A stretch of 33,466 nucleotides of DNA from Myxococcota bacterium (GCA_039030515.1 JBCCEA010000038.1:1-33466), one strand, 5' to 3'. Shown: positions 17,286 through 27,082, counted from the stretch's first letter. Numbers and translations: made by a program. The notes: a model not told the origin generated them from the letters alone.

Positions 17286-18644
17286 TCAGCTGAGTTCGTA
17301 CTCTTTGATCTTGTAGAGCAGCGCCCGGTGGCTGATCTCGAGTAGACGCGCAGCTGCCGTGCGATTGCCCTTGGTTTCGTCGAGCGCCCGGCGGATCAGC
17401 TCCTGCTCGAGATAGCGACTCGATTTTTTGATCGAAAGCTCTCCACTAGCGAGCACTTCGGCCGCCGGATGCTCGACCACCCGAAGACGATCGGGCAAAT
17501 CCGCTACCCCCAGCCGATTCTCGTCGGTGAGCACGACCGCACGCTCGATCACATTTTGCAGTTCTCGAACATTTCCAGGCCACGAGTACTCCATGAGAAG
17601 TTTGAGCGCCTGAGCATCGATACCTTGGACATCCGTACGCAAACGTACGTTGTTTTGATCGATGAAGTGCTCTGCGAGTAAGGGAATGTCGCCTCGCCGC
17701 TCGCGTAGGGGTGGAACACGAATCTGGACCACATTGAGCCGATAGAAGAGGTCTTCCCTAAATCGCTTTTCCGCAACCTCGACCTCAAGATCGCGAACTG
17801 TCGCAGCGATCACCCGCACATCAACCGAGCGATCCCGCGTAGCTCCCACCGGCCGTACGGTGCTCTCCTGGAGCACGCGGAGCAACTTCACCTGCACGTC
17901 CAAGGGAAGTTCGCCGAGCTCATCCAAAAACAGCGTGCCGCCGTCAGCCTCCTCAAAAAGTCCCTTCTTGTCGGATCTCGCATCGGTAAACGCGCCGCGA
18001 ACGTGCCCGAACAGTTCGCTCTCGAGTAGCGCCGCGGGTATCGCTCCACAATTGACCGCTACCCAAGGTCCCTGTGCCCGGGGTGAACGCCGGTGCAGCG
18101 CTCGGGCAACGAGCTCTTTACCCGTACCGCTTTGTCCTTGGATCAGTACGGTAGTGGTGTACCCGGCGAGCTTTTCAACCATTCGGAATACCGAGCGCAT
18201 CTCGCTGCTCTTACCGAGCATCTCCTCCAGCCGGTGGCCAAGGCGCATTTCCTTGCGAAGTGCTCGATTTTCTCGACGAAGCTGCTCTCGCTCCTCGGCT
18301 TTTCTCAACACCAGCAACACTTCGTCCTTCTTGAACGGTTTGCTCACGTAGTCATAGGCGCCGGCCTTCATCGCTGCGATCGCCAAGTCGACGTTTCCGT
18401 AGGCGCTCATCAGGATCACCGTGCTGTCGCTCCGTCGCTGCCGAAGTGCTTCACAGAGCTCGAGGCCACTCATGCCGGGCATGCGAACATCCGCCAAGAC
18501 GAACTCCGGAGCACAGTCTTCGATCGAGTCGAGAGCTTCCTCGGCGCCGGAGCGGGTATCAACTTCATAGCCGTGGTTGCGCAGCAGAGTGCCGAGCACC
18601 AGCCGGAGGTTCTCTTCGTCGTCGATGACCATGACGCGGGGCAT
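17286..18644 (-). CDS. NtrC-family sigma54-dependent response regulator (REC-AAA+-Fis HTH)
   Basis: VIDDE, ADVRMPG, GQSGTGKELVA, ESELFGHVRGAFTDA, LFLDELGE, FREDLFYRLNV, WPGNVRELQN, GNRTAAARLLEISHRALLYK. Confidence 0.96.
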   Translation of the reverse strand: MPRVMVIDDEENLRLVLGTLLRNHGYEVDTRSGAEEALDSIEDCAPEFVLADVRMPGMSGLELCEALRQRRSDSTVILMSAYGNVDLAIAAMKAGAYDYVSKPFKKDEVLLVLRKAEEREQLRRENRALRKEMRLGHRLEEMLGKSSEMRSVFRMVEKLAGYTTTVLIQGQSGTGKELVARALHRRSPRAQGPWVAVNCGAIPAALLESELFGHVRGAFTDARSDKKGLFEEADGGTLFLDELGELPLDVQVKLLRVLQESTVRPVGATRDRSVDVRVIAATVRDLEVEVAEKRFREDLFYRLNVVQIRVPPLRERRGDIPLLAEHFIDQNNVRLRTDVQGIDAQALKLLMEYSWPGNVRELQNVIERAVVLTDENRLGVADLPDRLRVVEHPAAEVLASGELSIKKSSRYLEQELIRRALDETKGNRTAAARLLEISHRALLYKIKEYELS

Positions 18645-18763
18645 GCCCAATCATGCCACTAAAGAGTGTGTCGACGGGCCTGAACGGATGCGCGCTCACC
18701 ATGCTCCGCACTCAAAGCGCCTTTGCCACGTCCACGCTCCCATTTCTCGGCTACGTTGACATT

Positions 18764-18780
18764 TGGCACGCATCTCGCAT
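18764..18780 (+). promoter_or_regulatory. Sigma54 (-24/-12) promoter
   Basis: TGGCACG-CATC-TCGCAT: GG 18765-18766 and GC 18777-18778 separated by exactly 10 nt, ~135 bp upstream of the VWA lipoprotein. Confidence 0.7.
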
Positions 18781-18913
18781 AAATTTATAAACGTTGCACG
18801 ATAGAAGAACACCGATCGCCATGGGCGTTGATCGCAACGTCCGGCTCTGGGTACTGTGGGGGTAGGAATCACGACCGAGAGTGTCGAAGGTGTTGGCGAC
18901 ACGCGGAGGAATC

Positions 18914-20773
18914 ATGCACTGGCGGATATGGCTACCAGGTGGGTTGTTTGGCCTTTTCGGCTTGTTTTCATTTTCCTCGGCAGGCAGTGGCTGCACCAGT
19001 CGGGATCTTCAACCGCTTAGCCCTTGTGTGGTCAACGGCTTCGTCGAAAGCGTGCGAGGAAATCAGATCAATGAGATCGATCTCCTATTCGTCGTGGACA
19101 ACTCCAACTCCATGGAAGAGGAGCAGATCTCACTCTCAGAGCAGATCCCACGGCTCGTGGAGATTCTACTTTCCGGAGACCAGGACGAGGACGGCATCCA
19201 AGACTTCCCGCCCATCTCCAGTCTCCATGTCGGAGTGATCTCCACCGATATGGGCATCGGCACAGTGAACGAAGACGTCTGCAACGAAGTCGACGTTCTT
19301 TCCGGCAATCCTCTCATTGGGGACGACGGCTATCTCAACAACCGAGGTAGCGAGGAGCTAAAGACGCCCTGCCCCGCAACCTACCCTTCCCGTTTTTTAG
19401 CGTACGAGCAGGGGATGTCTCAGCCGATTGGCGAATTTGCAAATGATGTCCGTTGCATCGCCGATCTCGGCACGGACGGATGCGGTTTTGAGCAACAACT
19501 CGAGGCCACTCTGAAATCGCTCACTCCGAACGATTCGGCCCTACAGTTCAACCAAAATGGGTCAGGTCAAAATACGGCAGGCAACGGAGGTGGCGGCGTC
19601 AACAGCGGCTTTCTACGGCCCAACTCTCTACTCGCGGTCATCGTAGTCACCGATGAAGATGACTGCAGTGCAAGCGACCTAGAGCTGTTCCAGGAGTTCA
19701 GTCCGACGTACACCAGCGATAGAAATATTCGATGCACGGTCTATGAGGCGCAGGCGCTTCGTACGGTAAACCGCTACGTCAATGGCTTTCTCGCTCTGCG
19801 CAACGACCCTGAGCTGCTCGTGTTCGCGACCATCAGCGGCGTCGATGCAGCAGTCCTCGCTGAAACGGTCGGTGAGGAAAACCCGGGAACCTACATCCAG
19901 CAGCTGGAAGCCCTACTTGAAACTGAGAACATGACTCCAGTGATCAACGAAAGCGCAACCGGACTGGTGCCCTCGTGCACGATCGTCAGTTCCGAGGGCG
20001 TGGACCGCGGAGAGGCCTTTCCGCCGCGCCGGCTGGTCGACCTGGCGATCAAACTGGAGCTTGCAGGCAGCAATGGGGTCGTTCAATCGATCTGCACCGA
20101 CGACTTCTCGCCCGCGATCGACACGATTATCGACCGTATCGGCAATGTGCTCGGATCGGTTTGTTTGCCTCGCGCGCTCCCCCGCTCAATCGACGGGCTC
20201 GTCAACTGTAATGTCGTCGAAACGCTCCCGCTTGATGGGGAAGTCACGAGCTGCGATGCGATCCCTGGACGTACCTTGAACCGGGTAGATGCGACCACCG
20301 GAGCTGAGATCTGCCAGGTGAACCAAATCCCGATCGACGAAGCAAACCCCGAAGCGAGCCTCGTGGGGCAGGAAGGTTGGTACTACGACAACTTTTCCCC
20401 GAGTCTCGTCGATGAATGCAGCGAAAACGAACAGCAGCGGGTGCGTTACATCGTTGGTCAAGAGCCGCGCTCCGGGGTGCAAATCAGCCTGGAATGCCTG
20501 CTGTCGACCACGAGTTCCGGTAACGATGTATCCTCTGCCGTGCAACTTGGCACACCGTGCCAGCCCGGGACCGGCGGTACTAGTTTCTGCAGCTTTGATG
20601 TCGTGGAGCAGGCGGAGACCGGGATGATCTGCGACGATCTCAGCGCCACCTGCCAGTTCCCCTGCGACGCTGATGCAGACTGCCCAGGCAGCCTAGTCTG
20701 TGACCGAGAGCGTTCGGATGGGAACGGAACACCGCATCCCATCTGCCAAAACCCTACATGTCCACTAGACTAG
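18914..20773 (+). CDS. VWA-like domain Cys-rich lipoprotein (myxobacterial, CglB-like architecture)
   Basis: GGAGGA SD then ATG 18914; lipobox GSGC; DLLFVVDNSNSM (MIDAS DxSxS), GTDGCGFEQQLEA, FLRPNSLLAVIVVTDEDDCS; Cys-rich C-terminus. Confidence 0.85.
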   Translation: MHWRIWLPGGLFGLFGLFSFSSAGSGCTSRDLQPLSPCVVNGFVESVRGNQINEIDLLFVVDNSNSMEEEQISLSEQIPRLVEILLSGDQDEDGIQDFPPISSLHVGVISTDMGIGTVNEDVCNEVDVLSGNPLIGDDGYLNNRGSEELKTPCPATYPSRFLAYEQGMSQPIGEFANDVRCIADLGTDGCGFEQQLEATLKSLTPNDSALQFNQNGSGQNTAGNGGGGVNSGFLRPNSLLAVIVVTDEDDCSASDLELFQEFSPTYTSDRNIRCTVYEAQALRTVNRYVNGFLALRNDPELLVFATISGVDAAVLAETVGEENPGTYIQQLEALLETENMTPVINESATGLVPSCTIVSSEGVDRGEAFPPRRLVDLAIKLELAGSNGVVQSICTDDFSPAIDTIIDRIGNVLGSVCLPRALPRSIDGLVNCNVVETLPLDGEVTSCDAIPGRTLNRVDATTGAEICQVNQIPIDEANPEASLVGQEGWYYDNFSPSLVDECSENEQQRVRYIVGQEPRSGVQISLECLLSTTSSGNDVSSAVQLGTPCQPGTGGTSFCSFDVVEQAETGMICDDLSATCQFPCDADADCPGSLVCDRERSDGNGTPHPICQNPTCPLD

Positions 20774-20928
20774 ACGCCCGTCTCACCGTCAGCGACTTCG
20801 GATAAGAGCTTCAGGGAAGTGCTGGCGGCCGCCATCGCTCCGGCGCCGGGTTCGCCAAATTCCTCAGCTAAGTACCTGAAACTAGGTCGCCAAACTGCGG
20901 AACGGGAAATGAAGTACCTGGATGCACA

Positions 20929-22419
20929 ATGGCGCAACCGGTATTTTCAGAAACCCTCATAGGAACCGAATCCCGCGAAGTACGCATCGAAGTACATGTC
21001 GGAAAAGGTCTGCCCTCGTTTGATATCGTTGGACTGCCGGATCGATCGATTCGGGAGAGCCGGATCCGAGTCACCGCAGCCCTACGCTCGTCGGGATTTG
21101 AGCTGCCTCCTCGCAATCTCGTTATCAACCTTGCGCCTGGCGACTTGCCAAAGAGCGGCCCGGGCTTTGACGTCGCAGTTGCGGTGGCGATTCTCGCGAG
21201 CTGCGGAGTAGTTTCAGACTCAGCGCTAGAAGAGTATCTGTTTCTCGGCGAGCTCGGCCTGCAGGGGACGCTGCGTTCGATGCGCGGGATTCTGCCACGC
21301 CTCATGGGAGCAAGGACACGGGGCAGAACCAAAGCGATCGTACCCCGGGGAAACATGCAGGAGGCTTCTCTGGCGCGAGGCATCACCTGCTTCGCGGCAA
21401 GCGGTATTCGAGACATCCTCGGGCATCTCGACGGCAGCAGCCCACTTGAACCAATCGCCATCTGCGCTGGCTCCACCACCGCTTCTTCCAAGGTGTGTCT
21501 ACGGGACGTTCGAGGACAGCCGGCGGCGAAACGTGCGTTGACGATCGCTGCGGCGGGCCGACACGCCCTACTCATCATCGGTCCTCCAGGAGCGGGCAAG
21601 AGCATGTTGGCTCAAAGACTCCCCTCGATCATGCCGCCTCTAACCGAAGCGGAAGCGTTTGAGGTCGCCAGCATCGCCAGCATCCAGGGGACCTTAAACC
21701 TGACTTCACTCGGCGAATTGACCCGTCCATTTAGAGCGCCCCACAACACCGCGAGTGCTGCCGCGCTCATCGGTGGCGGAGATCCACTGCGTCCGGGTGA
21801 AGTCACTCTGGCCCATCGCGGCGTACTTTTTCTCGATGAACTACCCGAGTTTCCCAGGCGCGCCACCGAGTCACTCCGAGCGACGATGCAGTCTGGACTC
21901 GCGGTCCTCGCAAGAGCCCGAGCCCGGATCACCCTCCCCGCAAATCCCCTCATCGTTGCAGCGATGAATCCGTGTCCCTGTGGCTATGCAGGGGACCGAA
22001 CCCGTCTGTGCACGTGCTCCATGCAGCAGGTGCACAAGTATCTGGCGCGCATCTCCGGACCCCTTGTCGATCGCTTTGATCTTCATGTGGTCACTGCTCG
22101 GGTGCCCACTCGATTGTTGCGCGAAGCGCCAGCGGGACCATCGAGCATGGACGTTCAGGCGCAGGTTACCGAAGCCAATCGGCGCAGAATCGCGCGCGGG
22201 GAGCAACCGCCTACGGACACCCTCTGTAGCGACGCGCTCGATCTACTGGAGCAAAGCATCGATCGCCTGGGGCTGTCCGCACGGGCATTTCACAAGACCG
22301 CGAATGTCGCCCGAACCATCGCAGACCTCGAAGGCAACGAGGCGATTCAAGCATCTCATATCGCTGAAGCGATTCAGTACCGCGTACTCGATAGACACAG
22401 AAACCGGGGGAACTCATGA
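20929..22419 (+). CDS. comM: ComM/YifB Mg-chelatase-like AAA+ ATPase
   Basis: [102 protein letters not shown]. Confidence 0.92.
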   Translation: MAQPVFSETLIGTESREVRIEVHVGKGLPSFDIVGLPDRSIRESRIRVTAALRSSGFELPPRNLVINLAPGDLPKSGPGFDVAVAVAILASCGVVSDSALEEYLFLGELGLQGTLRSMRGILPRLMGARTRGRTKAIVPRGNMQEASLARGITCFAASGIRDILGHLDGSSPLEPIAICAGSTTASSKVCLRDVRGQPAAKRALTIAAAGRHALLIIGPPGAGKSMLAQRLPSIMPPLTEAEAFEVASIASIQGTLNLTSLGELTRPFRAPHNTASAAALIGGGDPLRPGEVTLAHRGVLFLDELPEFPRRATESLRATMQSGLAVLARARARITLPANPLIVAAMNPCPCGYAGDRTRLCTCSMQQVHKYLARISGPLVDRFDLHVVTARVPTRLLREAPAGPSSMDVQAQVTEANRRRIARGEQPPTDTLCSDALDLLEQSIDRLGLSARAFHKTANVARTIADLEGNEAIQASHIAEAIQYRVLDRHRNRGNS

Positions 22420-23540
22420 GCAGCGAACGAGCAAAAGCGATCAAAGAAGCACTAAAGAACATCGAAAAGCAGTTTGGTAGGGGCGCGGTCATGGCGCTCG
22501 GTCAACGAGAGTTTCAGATGGTGCCCTGCATTCCCAGCGGCAGCCCATCTCTCGACTGGGCGCTCGGTGGAAGGGGATACCCTCGGGGCCGCGTTGTGGA
22601 GATTTTCGGTCCGGAGGCTAGTGGAAAAACCACGCTGACCCTCCATGCGATCGCCTCTGTACAGGAAGCCGGCGGCGTCGCGGCATTCATCGACGCAGAA
22701 CATGCACTTGACGTTCAATATGCCAAAGCACTGGGCGTCGACGTCGATCATCTCCTCGTCAGTCAGCCCGATACAGGAGAGCAGGCGCTCGACATCACCG
22801 AAACCCTTGTTCGCAGCGGAGCCATCGATCTCGCGGTGATCGATTCTGTGGCTGCACTGGTCCCTCGGGCAGAAATCGAGGGGGATATGGGCGATACCCA
22901 TATGGGACTTCAGGCAAGACTGATGAGCCAGGCGCTTCGGAAGCTGGCCGGCGTATCTCATCGGACCGAAACCACCATCGTCTTCATCAACCAGCTGCGT
23001 TCGAAAATCGGCGTGACGTTTGGATCCCCGGAAACGACAACAGGAGGAAACGCGCTCAAGTACTACGCATCGGTCCGACTCGACGTGCGACGCATCGGCA
23101 GTCTGAAACAGGGAGACGAGGTGCTCGGCAATCGGACGCGGGTCAAGGTCGTGAAGAACAAACTGGCCCCGCCGTTTAGAAGCGTTGAATTCGACATTCG
23201 GTACGGCGAGGGTATCGACTCGGTGGCAGATCTGCTCGACGTCGCCGTGGAGCGGGGCACCGTAGAGAAAAGCGGGGCCTACTATGCGTTCGACGGCAAA
23301 ACCTTCGGCCATGGACGTGAAAAATCAAGGCAGGCTCTGATCTCCGACCCCGACTTGAGAGCACAAGTCGAGAGTCGAAACGCCAAGGCTCAAGTCATCC
23401 AAGAGCGCCCCAAAGAAACGCACGGCACGACCCATCAAGCCGAGAAAAGCTCTGATGAACCTGGCAAGAACTCGAAGAAAAAAAACGGCTCTGCGTCTCG
23501 AAGCCATGAAGCTCGAGTCAACGGAACTCCTCCGACTTGA
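22416..23540 (+). CDS. recA: Recombinase RecA with basic low-complexity C-terminal tail
   Basis: [89 protein letters not shown]. Confidence 0.97.
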   Translation: MSSERAKAIKEALKNIEKQFGRGAVMALGQREFQMVPCIPSGSPSLDWALGGRGYPRGRVVEIFGPEASGKTTLTLHAIASVQEAGGVAAFIDAEHALDVQYAKALGVDVDHLLVSQPDTGEQALDITETLVRSGAIDLAVIDSVAALVPRAEIEGDMGDTHMGLQARLMSQALRKLAGVSHRTETTIVFINQLRSKIGVTFGSPETTTGGNALKYYASVRLDVRRIGSLKQGDEVLGNRTRVKVVKNKLAPPFRSVEFDIRYGEGIDSVADLLDVAVERGTVEKSGAYYAFDGKTFGHGREKSRQALISDPDLRAQVESRNAKAQVIQERPKETHGTTHQAEKSSDEPGKNSKKKNGSASRSHEARVNGTPPT

Positions 23541-23643
23541 TCTTCCTCGCAGACGCCATCTCGGTTCCATTTTGAGGGTACCCTGCAAAGCATGGCGACT
23601 AAGGAGACGGATGAAGGAGGAGCACCATGTCCGTAATCACACG

Positions 23644-24666
23644 ATGAGGGCACTTGTCACTGGAGCGTCGGGATTTGTGGGAGGAGCACTCGCTGAGCGC
23701 CTGCTGCACGAAGGATCTACGGTTCATCTGTTACTGCGCCGTCCAGGAAGCGCGGGCCCACTCGAGACCAAAGGAGCCAAGTGTTTTATCGGCTCCATTG
23801 AGGACCCAAATGAAGTTCTCCGCGCGGCGGAAACTTGCGAGATCGTCTTCCACTGCGCGGCACTGACGCATCGGCATACCGATCCGAAGGCATTGATGTG
23901 GATCAACACCGCGGGCAGCGAAAACGTACTGCGAGCCGCGGAGCGGGCAAAAGTAACTAGAATCGTGCACTTCTCATGCAGTGACGTCACCCTTTCAAAC
24001 CGAGAGCGTCTTCATTGGAGTGAAGACCAAGTGCTCGATGGACCACCGCTGGGCGCTTACGCTCGGAGTAAGCTGCTCGGAGAGGAAATCGTACTGGCGG
24101 GAGGTTCGTCCGAGCTCGAAACGACCGCACTTCGGGCGGGTTGGGTATGGGGTCCAGGCGATAAGACCAGTCTTCCAAGGCTGGTGGACGACGCAGTTCG
24201 CGGTCGACTGCGTCTCGTGGGCAACGGCGACAATCTCATGCCGCTGACCTACATCGATCATTTGGTAGAGCTCGCGATTCGCGCAGCGCACCATCCTTGC
24301 GCACCGGGACGCGCTTTTCACGTCGGAGATCCAGACTTCGTTTCTGCAAGAGAGTTTTTTGGAGGCATTTGTCGCACCTTAGGACTGTCCCCCCCAAGAC
24401 CCTCCTTTCCTTATTGGATCGAATATCTCAAGGCCGGAGTGCGTGAGTTGTGCGCCCAGCCGGGCCTACGCCGCGAGGATGTCGCCCGCAGAGGGCGCAC
24501 CTGCCACCTCGATTGTGGCCAAGCCTTCACCGAGCTCGACTTTGCAGCCCAGACCGGATTTGCGGAGGGCCTCGAACAACTGGGCAAGTGGGTAGACGCT
24601 ATGGGTGGAACCCAATCCCTGGCCGCGATCGCCGCCCGAACTTCAGGAAACACGAAGCAACATTGA
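23644..24666 (+). CDS. NAD-dependent epimerase/dehydratase (extended SDR, 3-beta-HSD-like)
   Basis: LVTGASGFVGG, VFHCAA, YARSK, VWGPGD; start ATG 23644 (in-frame ATG 23611 alternative). Confidence 0.9.
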   Translation: MRALVTGASGFVGGALAERLLHEGSTVHLLLRRPGSAGPLETKGAKCFIGSIEDPNEVLRAAETCEIVFHCAALTHRHTDPKALMWINTAGSENVLRAAERAKVTRIVHFSCSDVTLSNRERLHWSEDQVLDGPPLGAYARSKLLGEEIVLAGGSSELETTALRAGWVWGPGDKTSLPRLVDDAVRGRLRLVGNGDNLMPLTYIDHLVELAIRAAHHPCAPGRAFHVGDPDFVSAREFFGGICRTLGLSPPRPSFPYWIEYLKAGVRELCAQPGLRREDVARRGRTCHLDCGQAFTELDFAAQTGFAEGLEQLGKWVDAMGGTQSLAAIAARTSGNTKQH

Positions 24667-24690
24667 CAGGGTTCGTTCTTTTGCTAGCTT
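24663..24690 (+). promoter_or_regulatory. Sigma70-type promoter for tRNA-Ser(CGA)
   Basis: TTGACA-N16-TAGCTT with extended -10 TG, followed by GC-rich CCGCCGC discriminator directly before the tRNA. Confidence 0.65.
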
Positions 24691-24697
24691 CCGCCGC

Positions 24698-24787
24698 GGA
24701 GAGCTGGCCGAGTGGTCGAAGGCGCTGGATTCGAAATCCAGTGCACCGGCAACGGTGCCGTGGGTTCGAATCCCACGCTCTCCGCCA
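24698..24787 (+). tRNA. tRNA-Ser(CGA), CCA encoded
   Basis: GGAGAGC/GCTCTCC acceptor, anticodon arm ctgga-TTCGAAA-tccag, long variable arm, GTTCGAATC T-loop, G discriminator. Confidence 0.97.
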
Positions 24788-24869
24788 GGGTTTGAGACCT
24801 GCTGAACTACCTACATGCGGGCTTTAGAAATTAAAGGGGAGCCATCGTCCGAAATAGATTGTTCTCCTG

Positions 24870-24956
24870 GGAGGGGTGACCGAGTGGTTGAAGGTGCACG
24901 CCTGGAAAGCGTGTGTACCGGCAACGGTACCGCGGGTTCGAATCCCGCTCCCTCCG
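24870..24956 (+). tRNA. tRNA-Ser(GGA), CCA not encoded
   Basis: GGAGGGG/TCCCTCC acceptor, cacgc-CTGGAAA-gcgtg, long variable arm, GGTTCGAATCC. Confidence 0.96.
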
Positions 24957-24996
24957 CCGTCGACAAGACGCTCGAATACCAAGGTATTCGAACTAT

Positions 24997-25076
<80 letters not shown>

Positions 25077-25080
25077 TTCT

Positions 25081-25572
25081 CTATTTTAGTCGGTGGTGCT
25101 CTGTGACTGGAATCGCGGAGGCTGCGATAGCACTCTGTTTTTTGGATCGAATCCGGCCGAAAAACGACTTCAGAAGTTCCGCGGACTCATCGGCGCACAC
25201 GCCTCCCGCCTGCAAAAAGGTGTGGTTGAGACGCGAGTCCGTTCCGATCTGGTAGAGGGAACGAAGTGCACCTGCCTTGGGGTCGTCGCAACCCCAAACC
25301 ACTCGATCCACTCGAGCATTGACCGCGACGCCAGCGCACATCGGACAGGGCTCGAGTGTGACATATACCGTGCAGCCGATGAGCCTCCACGAGCCTAGCG
25401 CCGACGCGGCACGACGCATTGCGATGCACTCTGCGTGATCCGTGGGATCTTGAGAGGACTCCCGAAGGTTGTACCCTTCGGCGATTACTCTGTTTTCAAA
25501 GACGACAACCGATCCGACTGGCACCTCGCCCGCGGCTTCTGCCTTGCGTGCCTGGTGGAGCGCTAGACGCAT
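25081..25572 (-). CDS. tadA: tRNA adenosine(34) deaminase
   Basis: GEVPVG, DPTDHAE, SWRLIGCTVYVTLEPCPMCAG, DPKAGA, LNH, LLKSFF; first canonical start outside the tRNA is ATG 25572. Confidence 0.95.
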   Translation of the reverse strand: MRLALHQARKAEAAGEVPVGSVVVFENRVIAEGYNLRESSQDPTDHAECIAMRRAASALGSWRLIGCTVYVTLEPCPMCAGVAVNARVDRVVWGCDDPKAGALRSLYQIGTDSRLNHTFLQAGGVCADESAELLKSFFGRIRSKKQSAIAASAIPVTEHHRLK

Positions 25573-25617
25573 GAAGCGCTCGTCGGTCTCGTCTGCACTG
25601 GGTACGGATGCGATGGG

Positions 25618-25691
25618 CGGAGCTAGGAGGATTCGAACCTCCAACCCCCGGCTTCGTAGGCCGGTGCTCTATCCAATTGAGCTATAGCTCC
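25618..25691 (-). tRNA. tRNA-Arg(ACG), CCA not encoded
   Basis: Minus strand GGAGCTA/TAGCTCC acceptor, ccggc-CTACGAA-gccgg, GGTTCGAATCC. Confidence 0.96.
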
Positions 25692-25714
25692 ATCGATGGC
25701 GTTCTTTGACGCAG

Positions 25715-25804
25715 CGGAGAGGGAGGGATTCGAACCCTCGGTACAGCTTTTGACCGTACGACCGCTTAGCAAGCGGTTGCCTTCGACCACTCGGCCACCC
25801 CTCC
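25715..25804 (-). tRNA. tRNA-Ser(GCT), CCA not encoded
   Basis: Minus strand GGAGGGG/CCTCTCC acceptor, accgc-TTGCTAA-gcggt, long variable arm. Confidence 0.96.
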
Positions 25805-25923
25805 AATTTGTTCGTCCTCGTGCAAAAGGTTTTTTCTAAAATCTCAACGGCCGGAACCACCCACATTCCTGAGCTCCCCTCGAGCGGGTCGGGGGACGCG
25901 TTCTCTCCGGACGATCGAGGGGC

Positions 25924-25952
25924 GCTATAGCCGCCGGCCCGTACGCTGTCAA
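25924..25952 (-). promoter_or_regulatory. Sigma70-type promoter for tRNA-Ser(GCT)-tRNA-Arg(ACG)-tadA
   Basis: Minus strand TTGACA-N17-TATAGC about 120 bp upstream of the tRNA. Confidence 0.6.
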
Positions 25953-25997
25953 CACTGCCGAACCCCGGCCACCGGGGGTGTCCGAAAAGACTGCGCA

Positions 25998-26912
25998 TCA
26001 GTCGAGATGTTCTTTGAATATCTGCATGATCGACTGCAGAAGCTCGGCGCCTTCTTTGGGCGTGCGCTGGAACGCATTGCGACCGACGATGGAACCAAAC
26101 CCGCCGCCTTTCGCGATCGCCCGAACTTCGTCGAGCACGTCTTCGGTCGCCTTGGCGGGACCTCCAGAAAAAATCACGATTCTTCGACCGTCAAAGGCCG
26201 ACTGGACCACGTGCCGCACGCGTTCTTCGAGCGTGCTGTGCGGAATGCTTTCGTAGTTCTTTCGAGCCGCCTCCTGGTAGACATGGTCGGTTGGAGGCTT
26301 GACCTTGATGATATGGGCCCCGAGTTCGCAAGCGATGTGGGCCGCATACGCGATCACATCCACCGCGGTCTCGCCGTCTTTCGGCATCGCTCCCCGAGCA
26401 TACGACCAGAGGATGGTTGGCAGTCCGGCTTGACGAGCTTCCCGGATGAGATCCCGGGTCTGCTCGTACATAACGTTCCTCATCGCGCTGCCGGGGTAGA
26501 TGGTAAAGCCCACCGCGCTGCATCCGAGGCGAAGCGCGTCCTCTGCCGATGAAGTAAGCGCCGAGCAAGGGGCCCCCGGGTCGCCCAGTCCATCGCTGTT
26601 GTTGACCTTCAGGATAAGCGGCAACCGCCCCGCAAATTCAGACGCGATCACCTCCATCAAACCCAAGGGGGCGGCATAGGCACTGCAGCCGGCCTCGACC
26701 GCCATGCGGGGATGATAGAAGGGGTCGTACCCGTGAGGATTGGGTTGAAAACTGCGCGCTGGTCCGTGTTCGAAGCCTTGATCTACGGGCAGGATGACCA
26801 TTTTACCCGTTCCGCCGAGCGCCCCGTGCAGCAGCATACGCCGCAAGTTGCCGAGCACGCCGGGGGGCTCGCCTGCATAGTTCGAAAGGACGCGTTCGAC
26901 TGCCTTACTCAT
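25998..26912 (-). CDS. fbaB: Class I fructose-bisphosphate aldolase (FbaB/DhnA type)
   Basis: ILPVDQGFEHGP, YAAPLG, ALRLGCSAVGFTIYPGS, WSYARG, GAHIIKVK Schiff-base Lys, GSIVGRNAFQR; GAGGGAGG SD before ATG 26912. Confidence 0.93.
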   Translation of the reverse strand: MSKAVERVLSNYAGEPPGVLGNLRRMLLHGALGGTGKMVILPVDQGFEHGPARSFQPNPHGYDPFYHPRMAVEAGCSAYAAPLGLMEVIASEFAGRLPLILKVNNSDGLGDPGAPCSALTSSAEDALRLGCSAVGFTIYPGSAMRNVMYEQTRDLIREARQAGLPTILWSYARGAMPKDGETAVDVIAYAAHIACELGAHIIKVKPPTDHVYQEAARKNYESIPHSTLEERVRHVVQSAFDGRRIVIFSGGPAKATEDVLDEVRAIAKGGGFGSIVGRNAFQRTPKEGAELLQSIMQIFKEHLD

Positions 26913-26992
26913 AAACTCGGACCCTCCCTCAGCTCGTCGGCATCTGATACCGCCGCGTGTGCTGTGCGGTTGAGGCGGGTAGATACCGTTGG

Positions 26993-27082
26993 TGGCGGAG
27001 GAGAAGGGATTCGAACCCCTGGGACCCGTGAGGGACCGGCGGATTTCAAATCCGCTGCCTTCGACCACTCGGCCACTCCTCC
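26993..27082 (-). tRNA. tRNA-Ser(TGA), CCA encoded
   Basis: Minus strand GGAGGAG/CTCCTCC acceptor, gcgga-TTTGAAA-tccgc, long variable arm, GCCA end. Confidence 0.96.

Noticed and set aside
22452..23312. 286-aa ORF antisense to recA
   Set aside because: Typical antisense shadow of a codon-biased high-GC gene
26913..27068. In-frame N-terminal extension of FbaB
   Set aside because: Runs through tRNA-Ser(TGA); strong SD sits before ATG 26912
26993..27082. Selenocysteine or suppressor tRNA
   Set aside because: Anticodon on the coding strand is TGA (Ser), not TCA; standard 7-bp acceptor stem
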